Positions 1 through 8,884 are shown, counted from the stretch's first letter. The stretch is DNA of 64,000 nucleotides from Terriglobales bacterium (GCA_035519435.1 DATIWL010000082.1:5692-69691), one strand, 5' to 3'. The notes: generated from the letters alone by a model not told the origin. Program-made: numbers and translations.

Positions 1-2122
1 AACCCTCCTTTAGTGCCCGCACTGCTTCCTCATCGTGCAGTCCGGCAAAAAATTGCTCGGCCGCCTCTGCGGCTTCGCGGTCCATTCCTTTCTTGTAGTA
101 AGCGCCCCAAAGGCCCAGATAGGCCGAAGACCACTCGGGCTGCGTGATCAGAACCCTCTGCATTTCTGCGACGGCTTCATCGTAGCGGCCGATGTAGACC
201 AGATGCCATCCGTAAAAGCAGCGAACGAAATAACTCAGGGGATCCAGTTCGAGCGCCTTCTGGATTTCTCGCTCCCATTCCTGGTTCCGCCGTCTGGAAA
301 TCAGGTAATCGGCGTACATGAAGTGCGCCATCGCATGGTTGGGATTGAGCTCGATGGCGCGCCGGAACTCCGTTTCCGATTCCCGATCGTCGGTGGCCAG
401 ATTCGCTAAAGTGACGTGGGCATCGGCGAGCGATTCGTCAAGCTGCAGAGCCTTAGCAGCAGCTGCTTTCGCTTCAGGGAGAGCTTGCTCTGGGGCTAGA
501 ATTCCAGTATCACTGCGCGCCATCCACACATCTGCCAGGCCTACATAAGCCAAGGCGTAGTCTGGATCTCGGTCCAAGGCGAGTTGAAAATACAGCTCCG
601 CGTTGTCCAGTTCGTCCTTCGAAAGTTTGTACCAATGAAACCGGCCCTTGAGATAGGCCTCGTAGGCCTCAGGATCCACGGGACGAGCGCTGCTCAAATG
701 CCTGGTTTCTTCAGGAGAAAGTGCAACCCTGATTTCGCGGGCAACCGTTCTTGCGACTTCGTTCTGTAGCTCCAGGACATCCTGCAGATCACGTTCGTAA
801 GTTTCCGCCCAAAGGTGAGTGTCGGTCGGCGCATAGATAAGTTGTGCCGTGACCACTACGCGCCCTCGCGAGCGCTGCACCGATCCCTCGAGGATACCGT
901 CCGCTCCGAGTTCTCGCGCGATCTGCGGCAGGGCTTTCTTCACGCCTTTGTATTGCATCACGGAAGTCCGGGAAATCACTTTCAGCGCCCGGATCTTCGA
1001 CAAGTTGGCGATCAATGCTTCCGTCATTCCGTCGGCGAGAAACTCCTGGCCGGCATCTCCAGACAGGTTGGCCATCGGCAATACCGCCAGGGATCGGATC
1101 ACTGGCGCATGTCCGCGACCCGTCATCCGCTCTCGCAGCCCGCCCAAATTCCAGATCCACGCGCCTGCCACCAACAGAATCGCCGCCGCGATTCCCATTG
1201 GCACGAATGTCCGTGCACGTCTGCGGCGAGGGACTGAACTGGCTGGGATGGCCGTGCTCGTCGGCAGCAGCAGCCGGCGCAGATCCACTGCCAGTTCGCG
1301 CACAGATTGATACCGGTTCTCCGGATCCTTTTCCAGGCATTTCAGGATGATGTCTTCGAGTCTCGTACTTATTCCCGCGTTCAGCCTGGTAGGCGGCAGA
1401 GGCGCCTTGCGCAAAATGGCGCCAACCAGCTGGGCGGGTTCGATCTCGCTGTGCGGTCTTTGACCGGTAGCCATTTCGTAGAGCACGACACCGGTGCAAT
1501 AGATGTCGGTGCGGGGGTCCGCCTGTCCGCCCAGCAACTGTTCCGGCGCCATATACGGCAGCGTTCCTGCCAAGCTGGTGGTCTGCGTCAGGGTTTCCGT
1601 CGGCGCAGTTGGCGAGACCGGGAGGCGCAGCCTGGCCAGCCCGAAGTCGAGTATCTTGAGCCGCTGGTCTGCGGTGACCATCAGATTCTTAGGCTTCAAA
1701 TCGCAGTGAATCACACCATGCCGGTGGGCCTCTGCCAGGCCATCCGCGAGTTGCAGGCCCAAACGGATCATTTCCTTGTCTGGAAGCGGACGGCCTGCGA
1801 GCTTCTCGCTGAGCGCCATTCCCGAGATGTACTCCATGACCAGGAAATCGACTCCACTCTGCGTATCGAAGTCGTGAATGGTAGCGATATTGGGATGATT
1901 CAACTTGGAAAGTGCGAGCGCCTCTTTGTGGAAACGCTTGCGCGAAGGCTCGTCGGCCAAAGTCCCAGGAGATAGGACTTTGATGGCCACCTGGCGGTCG
2001 AGGTGTTCATCCTGGGCGAGGTAGACATCCCCCATGCCACCGGCACCGATCTTTTCGACGATGCGATAGTGGGCCAGCGTTTTACCGGCCAACTCTTCAG
2101 GAAAAACTCCGTGACCGGCCAT
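1..2122 (-). CDS. Ser/Thr protein kinase with TM helix and TPR-like C-terminal region (3' end runs off window)
   Basis: Absent from the ORF track because it has no in-window stop. My reverse-complement translation from ATG at 2122-2120 gives MAGHGVFPEELAGKTLAHYRIVEKIGAGGMGDVYLA.. with VAIK, HCDLKPKN, DFG and APE kinase motifs. A hydrophobic helix (MGIAAAILLVAGAWIW) follows, then TPR-like repeats (ALDRDPDYALAYVGLA, AIELNPNHAMAHF) continuing to position 1. Confidence 0.85.
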   Translation of the reverse strand, partial: MAGHGVFPEELAGKTLAHYRIVEKIGAGGMGDVYLAQDEHLDRQVAIKVLSPGTLADEPSRKRFHKEALALSKLNHPNIATIHDFDTQSGVDFLVMEYISGMALSEKLAGRPLPDKEMIRLGLQLADGLAEAHRHGVIHCDLKPKNLMVTADQRLKILDFGLARLRLPVSPTAPTETLTQTTSLAGTLPYMAPEQLLGGQADPRTDIYCTGVVLYEMATGQRPHSEIEPAQLVGAILRKAPLPPTRLNAGISTRLEDIILKCLEKDPENRYQSVRELAVDLRRLLLPTSTAIPASSVPRRRRARTFVPMGIAAAILLVAGAWIWNLGGLRERMTGRGHAPVIRSLAVLPMANLSGDAGQEFLADGMTEALIANLSKIRALKVISRTSVMQYKGVKKALPQIARELGADGILEGSVQRSRGRVVVTAQLIYAPTDTHLWAETYERDLQDVLELQNEVARTVAREIRVALSPEETRHLSSARPVDPEAYEAYLKGRFHWYKLSKDELDNAELYFQLALDRDPDYALAYVGLADVWMARSDTGILAPEQALPEAKAAAAKALQLDESLADAHVTLANLATDDRESETEFRRAIELNPNHAMAHFMYADYLISRRRNQEWEREIQKALELDPLSYFVRCFYGWHLVYIGRYDEAVAEMQRVLITQPEWSSAYLGLWGAYYKKGMDREAAEAAEQFFAGLHDEEAVRALKEG

Positions 2123-2277
2123 GGGGAAAGTTGCCCTTTCCCCTCACCCTCTCGGGTAACTGTAGGTCTGGCTCAGCACTCGCGTCAATGGGGAAAGGCA
2201 GCCTCTGGCCAGCCGGCTTTGTGCCAGTTTTGAGCGCGGGGAGCGGCGAAGGCAAGGACTGTATAATCAAGAATCCG

Positions 2278-4050
2278 ATGAGCTACCAGGTCCTGGCCCG
2301 TAAGTACCGTCCGCAGAAATTCTCCGATGTCATCGGCCAGGAGCATGTTACCCAGACCCTGAAGAACGCGATCGAGCAGGAGCGGATCGCACACGGCTAC
2401 ATCTTCAGCGGGCATCGCGGGATCGGCAAAACCACGGTGGCACGCATTCTGGCGATGTCGCTGAACTGCCGCTCGGCAGCCAAGCCGGTCTCGGAGCCCT
2501 GCGGCATATGCGAGTCCTGCGTCGAGATTCGCGCAGGAAATTCGGTGGATGTGATCGAGATCGATGCGGCAACCAATCGCGGCATCGACGAGATCCGTGA
2601 GTTGCGCGAGGCGGCACGGTATCTTCCGGCGCGCGACCGGTTCAAGATCTACATCCTCGACGAAGCGCACCAGATTACGGATGCAGCCTTCAATGCATTG
2701 CTGAAGACGCTGGAGGAGCCGCCGGGGCATGTCGTCTTCATGCTGGCGACGACGCAACCGGAGGATATTCCGCAGACGATCCGGTCGCGCTGCCAGCACT
2801 TCAGTTTTCGCGCGGTGAAGTTCGAGGACATTCTTGGACAGTTGCGAGCGTTAGCCGCCAAAGAGAAGATCCCAGCCGACGAGGATGCGCTGGCATTGCT
2901 GGCAGAGGCGGGCGACGGATCGCTGCGCGACGCGCTGTCAATCCTGGATCAGGCGATCGCTTCTTCGGCCGATCACCTGACGCGCGACGCCGTGCGGCGT
3001 CTGATTGGCACGGCTCCGGCAGAGGCACTCGAGAGCGTGATGCAATCGGTGGCGGAGAGTTCGAGCGAGATGATCCTGCTGCTGGTGGATGAATTGGTTG
3101 GTGAAGGCCATAGTCCGGTGCATTTTGCGCGCCAGCTCGTACGCTTTCTGCGGAATGTGACCGTCGCGAAGATCGCCGGGAAGGATTCGCCGTTGCTGCA
3201 GGTTTCTTCCGATGAGCGGGAAAGAGCCGGGCGCATCGCCGCATTCTTCAGCGAAGAGGATCTGGCGCGGCACTTGCAGATCATGCTGCGGACGCACAGC
3301 GAACTCAGCTACCGGCAGGATCAGCGGTTCCACCTGGAGTTGGGACTGCTGAAAATGGCTCACGCGCAGCGTCTGTTGCCGCTGGAACAACTGCTCAGCG
3401 ATGCGGTTCCGGGAACATCGGGAACGGTGCGACCCGCGGGCCGTCCGGTGCTGGCGACGACGGAAACACGGAGAACAGATCCGGCTTCCGCCCGGTCAAA
3501 CTTTGTATCGCCATTCGCAGCGGATTCCGCGCGAAAGAATGTGCCGAAGAGCGAGTCGAGCAACGACGTCGCCCCGCGCGCCGGCAGCGCCAACGTCGTG
3601 ATCATGGGATCGGCAGCGCCGGCAGTCGCAGAAGTTGCGCAGCCGGAGCCGGCAGTGGCCGCGGCAAGTGGGATCGATGCCGTACGCGATGCCGTCTTGA
3701 ACGGGCTGGGCGGTCAACCGATGCTTGCCTCCATGCTGGAAGGCGGGCAGTGGAGTCTGGAGGGCAATTCCCTTCTGGTTCGAGTTGCCTCATCGGCCAC
3801 GATGATTGAGATGTCGTTCCATGCGGATGCGCGGCGTGTGGCCGCGGCGGCGGCCAGCGGCGCAGCGGGACGTCCGATCAAAGTGCAGGTGCTTCCAGGA
3901 GGAACGGCACAAGGGGCATTACCCACACGTCGACCGGCATCGAACGGAAGCGCCCGCAGCCGGGCGGAACAGGATCCAGTGGTCCAGCGTATGCAGGAGA
4001 CATTCGGGGCGGAGATTCGGACGGTGATCGATTACAGGCAGAAGGAGTGA
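2278..4050 (+). CDS. dnaX: DNA polymerase III subunit gamma/tau
   Basis: ORF 2131-4050. The canonical N-terminus MSYQVLARKYRPQKFSDVIGQEHV starts at ATG 2278. Walker A GHRGIGKTT, zinc module CGICESC, and SRC motif (IRSRCQHF) are present. Sits in the conserved dnaX-ybaB-recR order. Confidence 0.92.
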   Translation: MSYQVLARKYRPQKFSDVIGQEHVTQTLKNAIEQERIAHGYIFSGHRGIGKTTVARILAMSLNCRSAAKPVSEPCGICESCVEIRAGNSVDVIEIDAATNRGIDEIRELREAARYLPARDRFKIYILDEAHQITDAAFNALLKTLEEPPGHVVFMLATTQPEDIPQTIRSRCQHFSFRAVKFEDILGQLRALAAKEKIPADEDALALLAEAGDGSLRDALSILDQAIASSADHLTRDAVRRLIGTAPAEALESVMQSVAESSSEMILLLVDELVGEGHSPVHFARQLVRFLRNVTVAKIAGKDSPLLQVSSDERERAGRIAAFFSEEDLARHLQIMLRTHSELSYRQDQRFHLELGLLKMAHAQRLLPLEQLLSDAVPGTSGTVRPAGRPVLATTETRRTDPASARSNFVSPFAADSARKNVPKSESSNDVAPRAGSANVVIMGSAAPAVAEVAQPEPAVAAASGIDAVRDAVLNGLGGQPMLASMLEGGQWSLEGNSLLVRVASSATMIEMSFHADARRVAAAAASGAAGRPIKVQVLPGGTAQGALPTRRPASNGSARSRAEQDPVVQRMQETFGAEIRTVIDYRQKE

Positions 4051-4053
4051 GGC

Positions 4054-4148
4054 TGATATTTGATATTTGTAATTTGCAATTTGTAATTTCGTGTTCTGGG
4101 CACCGCGGATTTCAATTGCAAATTGCAAATTACCAATTACCAATTCCA
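4054..4148. repeat. Heptad-built inverted repeat filling the dnaX-ybaB spacer
   Basis: Left arm 4054-4088 is TGATATT TGATATT TGTAATT TGCAATT TGTAATT. Right arm 4114-4148 is AATTGCA AATTGCA AATTACC AATTACC AATTCCA, the reverse-complement word. GC-rich loop of about 25 nt. The last heptad runs into the ybaB ATG. Confidence 0.7.
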
Positions 4149-4456
4149 TGCCGGGATTCAATCTACAAGACCTGATGTCGCAAGCCAAGCAGCAGGCCGA
4201 AGCGCTGCAGAAGAAGATGCAGGAGACCGTCGTCGAGGCATCGGCAGGCGGAGGGACCGTCGCCGTCAAGATGGACGGCCGCAAGCAGGTGCTTGGCATC
4301 GTGATTGATCCAGAAGCGGTGAAAGCGGGCGATGTCGAAATGCTGCAGGACCTGGTGATGGCTGCCATGAACGAAGCGGCGCGGAAGGTCGATCAGGCGA
4401 TGCAATCCAGCCTGGGAGGAATGCTGGGAGGACTGGGAGGGATGCTCAATTTGTAA
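4148..4456 (+). CDS. ybaB: YbaB/EbfC family nucleoid-associated protein
   Basis: MPGFNLQDLMSQAKQQAEALQKKMQE..VAVKMDGRKQVLGIVIDPEAV.. matches the YbaB family pattern. Lies between dnaX and recR. Confidence 0.9.
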   Translation: MPGFNLQDLMSQAKQQAEALQKKMQETVVEASAGGGTVAVKMDGRKQVLGIVIDPEAVKAGDVEMLQDLVMAAMNEAARKVDQAMQSSLGGMLGGLGGMLNL

Positions 4457-4548
4457 TTGGTAATTTGTAATTGGTAATTGAAAACCTAGCCACCCTGCCG
4501 ACCTGCATTTCAATTACAGATTACAAATCACAAATTACAAATCCCATG
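4450..4548. repeat. Heptad-built inverted repeat filling the ybaB-recR spacer
   Basis: Left arm 4450-4484 is TTTGTAA TTGGTAA TTTGTAA TTGGTAA TTGAAAA; the ybaB TAA stop lies in the first unit. Right arm 4514-4541 is TTACAGA TTACAAA TCACAAA TTACAAA, and the next unit TCCCATG contains the recR ATG. GC-rich loop between the arms. Confidence 0.7.
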
Positions 4549-5145
4549 TCCCGTTTTGCCGAGCCGATGACCCGGCTCATTGACGAATTGAAGAAGCTGC
4601 CCGGCATTGGTAACAAGACTGCGCAACGCCTGGCCTTCCATATCCTGCGCTCGAGCGAAGACGACGCGGAGGCGCTGGCGGGCGCGGTGCGCGACGTGAA
4701 AGCCAAGCTGCGGCTGTGCTCCGTCTGCAACAACATCACCGACGTCGATCCCTGCTCGTATTGCAGCAGTCCGACGCGCAACCAGAAACTGATCTGCGTC
4801 GTCGAGGAACCGACCAACATCGCTGCCGTGGAGAAGACGCGGCACTTCAATGGCGTGTACCACGTGTTGCACGGGTCGATTTCGCCGCTGCACGGCGTGG
4901 GGCCGGAACAGTTGCGGATCGGCAATCTGCTGAAGCGGGTCGAGGGCGGGCAGGTGGAGGAAGTGATTCTGGCGACGAATCCGACGGTCGAGGGCGAGGC
5001 GACAGCGACTTATCTGGCGCAGCAACTCCGGCGGCAGGGAATGCGCGTGACGCGGATCGCGATGGGCATTCCTGTGGGCAGCGATATCGAGTACACCGAC
5101 GAAGTGACCATGCTAAAGGCGATGGAGGGGCGGAGGGAAATGTAA
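4546..5145 (+). CDS. recR: Recombination protein RecR
   Basis: [34 protein letters not shown] (HhH), C4 zinc finger CSVC..CSYC, and Toprim region [24 protein letters not shown]. Confidence 0.93.
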   Translation: MSRFAEPMTRLIDELKKLPGIGNKTAQRLAFHILRSSEDDAEALAGAVRDVKAKLRLCSVCNNITDVDPCSYCSSPTRNQKLICVVEEPTNIAAVEKTRHFNGVYHVLHGSISPLHGVGPEQLRIGNLLKRVEGGQVEEVILATNPTVEGEATATYLAQQLRRQGMRVTRIAMGIPVGSDIEYTDEVTMLKAMEGRREM

Positions 5146-5335
5146 GGGCCCCGGCATCCCTGGGGAGCGGCACTCTCCTCAACAAGTTGCACACAATGGA
5201 GTGCAATAGTTTGAACACTCGTATCCCGCATAGCGATCGGCCTGCGGGCCAATGCGCGGGACCGAAGGCAAACTAAGGTCAATTTCATCAATAGATTACA
5301 AATTTCATCGAAATTTATTGTTTAACTAGGATTCC

Positions 5336-5351
5336 TGGCAGAAGGGATGCT
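5336..5351 (+). promoter_or_regulatory. Possible sigma-54 type -24/-12 element
   Basis: TGGCAGAAGGGATGCT has GG and GC with the canonical 11-nt offset (consensus TGGCAC-N5-TTGCW). It sits in an AT-rich stretch about 190 nt downstream of recR. A single weak match. Confidence 0.2.
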
Positions 5352-5361
5352 TCCTGCCTGG

Positions 5362-5511
5362 AGTCTGTTTCCTCGCTCTGTCTGAACACTCTTGCTGGCG
5401 AGGAGGGCAACCGGCGCTATCGCCGGGATACTCCAAGGCCAGCGCGCCGCGAGATGTAACCGCATCCCACGACGCTACCGAAACCGGGCCAACCAGCCCG
5501 GTTTCTTTTTT
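5362..5511 (+). ncRNA. Candidate orphan small RNA (unclassified)
   Basis: About 330 nt of non-coding sequence lies between recR and a strong plus-strand intrinsic terminator. It contains a perfect hairpin CCGGCG-CTAT-CGCCGG and a CCTCGC...GCGAGG stem. No convincing ORF. The 5' end is a guess from the sigma-54-like site. Confidence 0.2.
5481..5511 (+). terminator. Rho-independent terminator
   Basis: AAACCGGGC (5481-5489), loop CAACCA, GCCCGGTTT (5496-5504), then CTTTTTT. The U-tract is present only in the plus orientation. Confidence 0.7.
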
Positions 5512-5553
5512 GGCTGTTGGCTCCTAGCTCTTAGCTCTCAGCTCCCAGCTTTT
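5512..5553. repeat. Six in-phase heptads (AGCT word family)
   Basis: GGCTGTT GGCTCCT AGCTCTT AGCTCTC AGCTCCC AGCTTTT, directly after the terminator. Confidence 0.65.
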
Positions 5554-5597
5554 GCACGCAAGGGCACGAGTTTTCAAGGGTGTTGCTGAGAGGAAAA

Positions 5598-6149
5598 CTA
5601 CTCTGCCAGCGATTCCGTCAAGAATCCAATCGGTTCGTCTTCGACCGACGACATTCCAACGGGAAGTGAACCGCCGTTGTAGTCGATCATGCGATTCTTC
5701 CACTTCAGGAAATCGGTGATGGTTTGCGGCTCGATGCGGACTTCAACCCGGCGCAGGCTGGCCAGAAGCAGATTCATTTCGTAGCGGAAGCCGATCTCGG
5801 TACGCAGGTTCCTGGCAGCGAGTTTCGCGCGCTCGACCTCTCGACCGGATACTTCCAGCAGGCCCCAGCCGGCAGGCAACTCGCCGACGCGGATTAGTCC
5901 ACGGGGCGCCAGGTAGTAGCGTTCATTGCCCACGCCGGTTTCGGGTTGCCGCCGAAACGGTTTGTCGCGATCCGCGAGAAAGTCTGCGCGGGAGACCTTG
6001 CACTCGACCAGTACTGAGTGGCAGGCCTTCTTCCATCCGATGGCATCGGGCATCTCGCCGCTGAGACAGGCCTGCTCGGACAACACGACTCCGCAGCGAT
6101 AGCGGCGAAGCCAGCGGACAGCCAGATCAACCAGTTTTGCGTGGGTCAC
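5598..6149 (-). CDS. PD-(D/E)XK nuclease-fold protein, MmcB-like (function tentative)
   Basis: 183-aa ORF. The motif layout ..EMPDAIGW..(18 aa)..VLVECKVSRADF.. fits D...ExK of the restriction-endonuclease fold, and ERYYLAP resembles the MmcB/DUF1052 family. Assigned from memory of the family pattern. Confidence 0.55.
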   Translation of the reverse strand: MTHAKLVDLAVRWLRRYRCGVVLSEQACLSGEMPDAIGWKKACHSVLVECKVSRADFLADRDKPFRRQPETGVGNERYYLAPRGLIRVGELPAGWGLLEVSGREVERAKLAARNLRTEIGFRYEMNLLLASLRRVEVRIEPQTITDFLKWKNRMIDYNGGSLPVGMSSVEDEPIGFLTESLAE

Positions 6150-6193
6150 AGGAACTAGGATGAATGGGAGAATGCATTCTGAGAAGTGACGTT

Positions 6194-6228
6194 GCAGCTA
6201 CGAGCTACGAGCTGCGCGCTCCGCGTGA
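6194..6228. repeat. Five in-phase heptads
   Basis: GCAGCTA CGAGCTA CGAGCTG CGCGCTC CGCGTGA. Abuts the stop (6230-6232) of the minus-strand CHAD gene. Confidence 0.6.
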
Positions 6229-6229
6229 G

Positions 6230-7696
6230 CTAGTGGCTCCCAGGCGCGCGTATCGCTCGCACCAGCACCGGCCGGCGCAATACGGTCTCGAGCAGGTGAC
6301 GAGCGGCGGCTATTTCTTCGGCGGATCGATCAAGAGCGCGGTAGCCGGGGACGTGCACAGTAACCACACGGTTGTGTGTTTCTACATGCAGGGTGGGTTG
6401 AGTGCCGTTGCGGAAATCGAGGCGGTTGGCGAGGCGCAGAACCGCGGAAAGCTGGGTTGCAACCTTGCGGTCCGGCAGTTCGAGACTCCGCAGCGCCTTG
6501 CTGCGCGAGCGGGGCAAGGCGCCACGGTGGAAGCGCGCTACCGCAGCCGCCATTCCGATTTCGCGCGGAGTCCAGCCGGCGGGAACAGCCATGTCGCGAA
6601 TGAGCTTGAACGAATCTCTCTGGTGACCCTTGTCTCGTTTGGCCCTGCCTACGTCGTGCAGCATGGCCGCCGCTTCAAGAATCAGGCGGGAATCGTGATG
6701 CGGGCCGATTCCCAGCAGGCCGGCGCGCGCCAAGCCGTCGAATAGCTGCAGGGCCAATCGGACCACGCGCTGCGAGTGGGCGAAATCGGGATCGAGGTAT
6801 CCGGCCCAGACGCGCATGCGCGCCATGGCCACCGAGCGCAATAGCGGGCCGGAGGGCAATTCGGCCCGCCACATCCGCCAGAGAGATTCCTTTCCCAGCA
6901 TCTTGGAGCGATAGCGGTCCACGCGCCTGGAACGGTCCGCGGTCAGCCGCTCGCGCCAGCGGTTCCGGCTCTCGATGTCGGGGAAGGCGGCGACCTGAAC
7001 TGCTGTCGCCCACAGCACGTCGAGGTCATGAACCTCTCCCAGCAGGTCCTGCAATTCCTTGAGATCATTTCCCCAGGCGGCGTGCTGCTGAGGCAGAAAA
7101 TTCTCCACGGTGTAGCGAAAGCGTTTGATGCCGATGCGCAGCTCGTGCAGAGCAGTCTGGGAGCGCGTGCGCAGGGCGCGCTTGTGCAGGTCGTAGGCGG
7201 CAGCCCATTTTTCGAGCGCAAGATGTTTGAACACGATGCTGCCGAGGCGCACGCGGGCGGCACGGCGCGGAAGCGAGCGGCTCCACTGACGCCATTGCTT
7301 TCGATCAAATTGCTGCAGGGACTGAAAGGCCTGTTCTTTGCACTGCGCTTCGCGCGCATGAATGTGATTCAGCAGCTTGACAGCAACGGGATCAGAAGCG
7401 TCGCCCAGCTTCTCTACCCACTCCTGCATCACATGCATGTCGCGCAGATCGCCGAGGGACTGGAAGAGCTTCTTCCCTGCTTTTTTCATGTCGTTCCAAG
7501 CCGGGTCGGGATCCATGGCCATCAGGCCATCGGCGAGCGAACGACAGCGGCGCAAGGCAACCCGCAAGTCGTGCACCGGGTCAGCTTCGAATCCGGCCGA
7601 CGCGCGGTCACATTCGAGGAGCACGCGTTCCATCCACGCACGCAGCCCGAGCCGGTTCGTGGATTTCTCCGCGGGATTAGCGAAGGAGGTTCCCAT
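6230..7696 (-). CDS. CHAD domain plus HD (Ppx/GppA C-terminal-like) domain protein
   Basis: CHAD-like conserved histidine helices (VHDLRVALRRCRS, LGDLRDMHV, LHELRIGIKRFRYTVE, LGEVHDLDV). C-terminal HD signature: HSQRVVRLALQLF..AAMLHDVGR. The ORF extends to 7852, but ATG 7696 (MGTSFANPAE) leaves a sensible divergent promoter region. Confidence 0.75.
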   Translation of the reverse strand: MGTSFANPAEKSTNRLGLRAWMERVLLECDRASAGFEADPVHDLRVALRRCRSLADGLMAMDPDPAWNDMKKAGKKLFQSLGDLRDMHVMQEWVEKLGDASDPVAVKLLNHIHAREAQCKEQAFQSLQQFDRKQWRQWSRSLPRRAARVRLGSIVFKHLALEKWAAAYDLHKRALRTRSQTALHELRIGIKRFRYTVENFLPQQHAAWGNDLKELQDLLGEVHDLDVLWATAVQVAAFPDIESRNRWRERLTADRSRRVDRYRSKMLGKESLWRMWRAELPSGPLLRSVAMARMRVWAGYLDPDFAHSQRVVRLALQLFDGLARAGLLGIGPHHDSRLILEAAAMLHDVGRAKRDKGHQRDSFKLIRDMAVPAGWTPREIGMAAAVARFHRGALPRSRSKALRSLELPDRKVATQLSAVLRLANRLDFRNGTQPTLHVETHNRVVTVHVPGYRALDRSAEEIAAARHLLETVLRRPVLVRAIRAPGSH

Positions 7697-7858
7697 TGGG
7701 ATGGCCAGAACTTTTCGGAAACTATTGTCGCGTCTTTTGCGTAATACTTCCACAGCGCCAACGAAAACGGGCTTGGTTCGTCTTACGATAGAAAGACGAA
7801 AACAGCGGTTTGGGCGCAGATTCTCGTCGGCGCCATTGGGGCCGAATCGCAACCGACA

Positions 7859-8824
7859 ATGAAGAAACTCCTGAAGATCGTACTGATCATCGTGTGCCTG
7901 CTGGGAGTGCTACTGGCTCTCGGTGTCACGGTAACCATCGGGTGGCGGCCCTTCTTCGGGCCAAGGGCGCGCGGTTTGACCAGCCGTCGTTTCGACGCAA
8001 CACCGGAACGTCTGGCCCGGGGAAAGTACCTGGTGCAGAGCACGCTGGTGTGCTTTGATTGCCACTCCGATCATGACTGGAAAGCTGCGGGCATGCCCGC
8101 GCTGCCCGGCCGCGAAGGTGCAGGTTGGGTCATTGCCGAAGAAGGTCTCCCGGGCCGGATTGTGGCTCAAAACCTCACGCCGGATCGGGAAACGGGAACT
8201 GGAACGTGGAGCGATGATCAGTTGGCCCGTGCGATCCGCGAAGGCGTCGGTCATGACGGCCGCGCGTTGTTCCCGATGATGCCCTACCGCAACTTCAGGC
8301 GCTTGCCTGACGAAGACCTGGCGTCGGTCGTGGTTTACCTGCGTTCGCTGCCGGGCGTGCACAATCCTCTTCCTCCCACGGAAATGATTTTTCCGGTGAA
8401 GTACCTGATCCGTTCTGTTCCCGAACCCCTCACGGAGCCGGTATCGGCCCCGGATTTGTCGACGCCGGAACGGCGCGGCGAATATCTCGTCACACTGGCC
8501 GGTTGCGCCGATTGCCATACTCCGATGGATCGCGGACGTTCGAACGAAAGCAAAGCGTTCGCGGGCGGAAATCGGTTCAAGGGACCCTGGGGAGATGTGC
8601 TCAGCGCGAACATCACACCGGACAAGACGGGCATCTCGTACTACAACGAAGCGTTGTTCCTGGAAATGATGCGGACGGGAAATGTTATGGGAAGGCAACT
8701 GAATGCCATCATGCCCTGGGGCGTCTACCGCAATATGACGGACGATGATCTGAAGTCCATCTGGGCCTATTTGCGGACCGTCAAACCGGTGGAGAATCGC
8801 GTGCGGCGGACTGCGGCGGAATGA
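7859..8824 (+). CDS. Membrane-anchored dihaem c-type cytochrome
   Basis: N-terminal hydrophobic helix MKKLLKIVLIIVCLLGVLLALG. Two CxxCH motifs (CFDCH, CADCH). Confidence 0.85.
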   Translation: MKKLLKIVLIIVCLLGVLLALGVTVTIGWRPFFGPRARGLTSRRFDATPERLARGKYLVQSTLVCFDCHSDHDWKAAGMPALPGREGAGWVIAEEGLPGRIVAQNLTPDRETGTGTWSDDQLARAIREGVGHDGRALFPMMPYRNFRRLPDEDLASVVVYLRSLPGVHNPLPPTEMIFPVKYLIRSVPEPLTEPVSAPDLSTPERRGEYLVTLAGCADCHTPMDRGRSNESKAFAGGNRFKGPWGDVLSANITPDKTGISYYNEALFLEMMRTGNVMGRQLNAIMPWGVYRNMTDDDLKSIWAYLRTVKPVENRVRRTAAE

Positions 8825-8849
8825 GCGCGGGGCAATGCCGAGGAAACAG

Positions 8850-8884
8850 AAGGCCAGCTTCGCTTGAAGCTGGCCTTGGCTTTT
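8850..8884. terminator. Bidirectional hairpin terminator between convergent genes
   Basis: Perfect 12-bp stem AAGGCCAGCTTC (8850-8861) / GAAGCTGGCCTT (8866-8877), loop GCTT. Followed by GGCTTTTCG on plus and T-rich TCTGTTTCC on minus. Confidence 0.55.

Noticed and set aside
2131-2277. N-terminal extensions of several track ORFs (dnaX from 2131, ybaB from 4091, recR from 4471, ribA from 47992, NUDIX from 49896, csp from 50645, polX from 51046, sat/cysC from 55882, deacetylase from 59100, beta-helix protein from 60508)
   Set aside because: In each case an internal ATG or GTG gives the canonical family N-terminus. The extension overlaps a neighbouring gene or a repeat element, so the shorter coordinates were used.
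2278-4050. Programmed -1 frameshift site in dnaX (A AAA AAG type)
   Set aside because: I saw no run of six or more A residues or comparable slippery heptamer in the coding sequence on reading it. Tau/gamma production by frameshifting is therefore not supported here.
4054-4548. Possible CRISPR array or minisatellite in the AT-rich repeats around ybaB
   Set aside because: The repeat unit is only 7 nt with no spacers. The two halves are inverted copies forming palindromes. No cas genes are nearby. They were reclassified as heptad palindromic elements.
5281-5511. SRP (4.5S) RNA or 6S RNA next to dnaX-ybaB-recR
   Set aside because: I could not find the conserved SRP domain IV motifs (GGAA/AGCA-type symmetric and asymmetric loops) or a 6S-like long interrupted helix by eye. 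It is kept only as an unclassified sRNA candidate.
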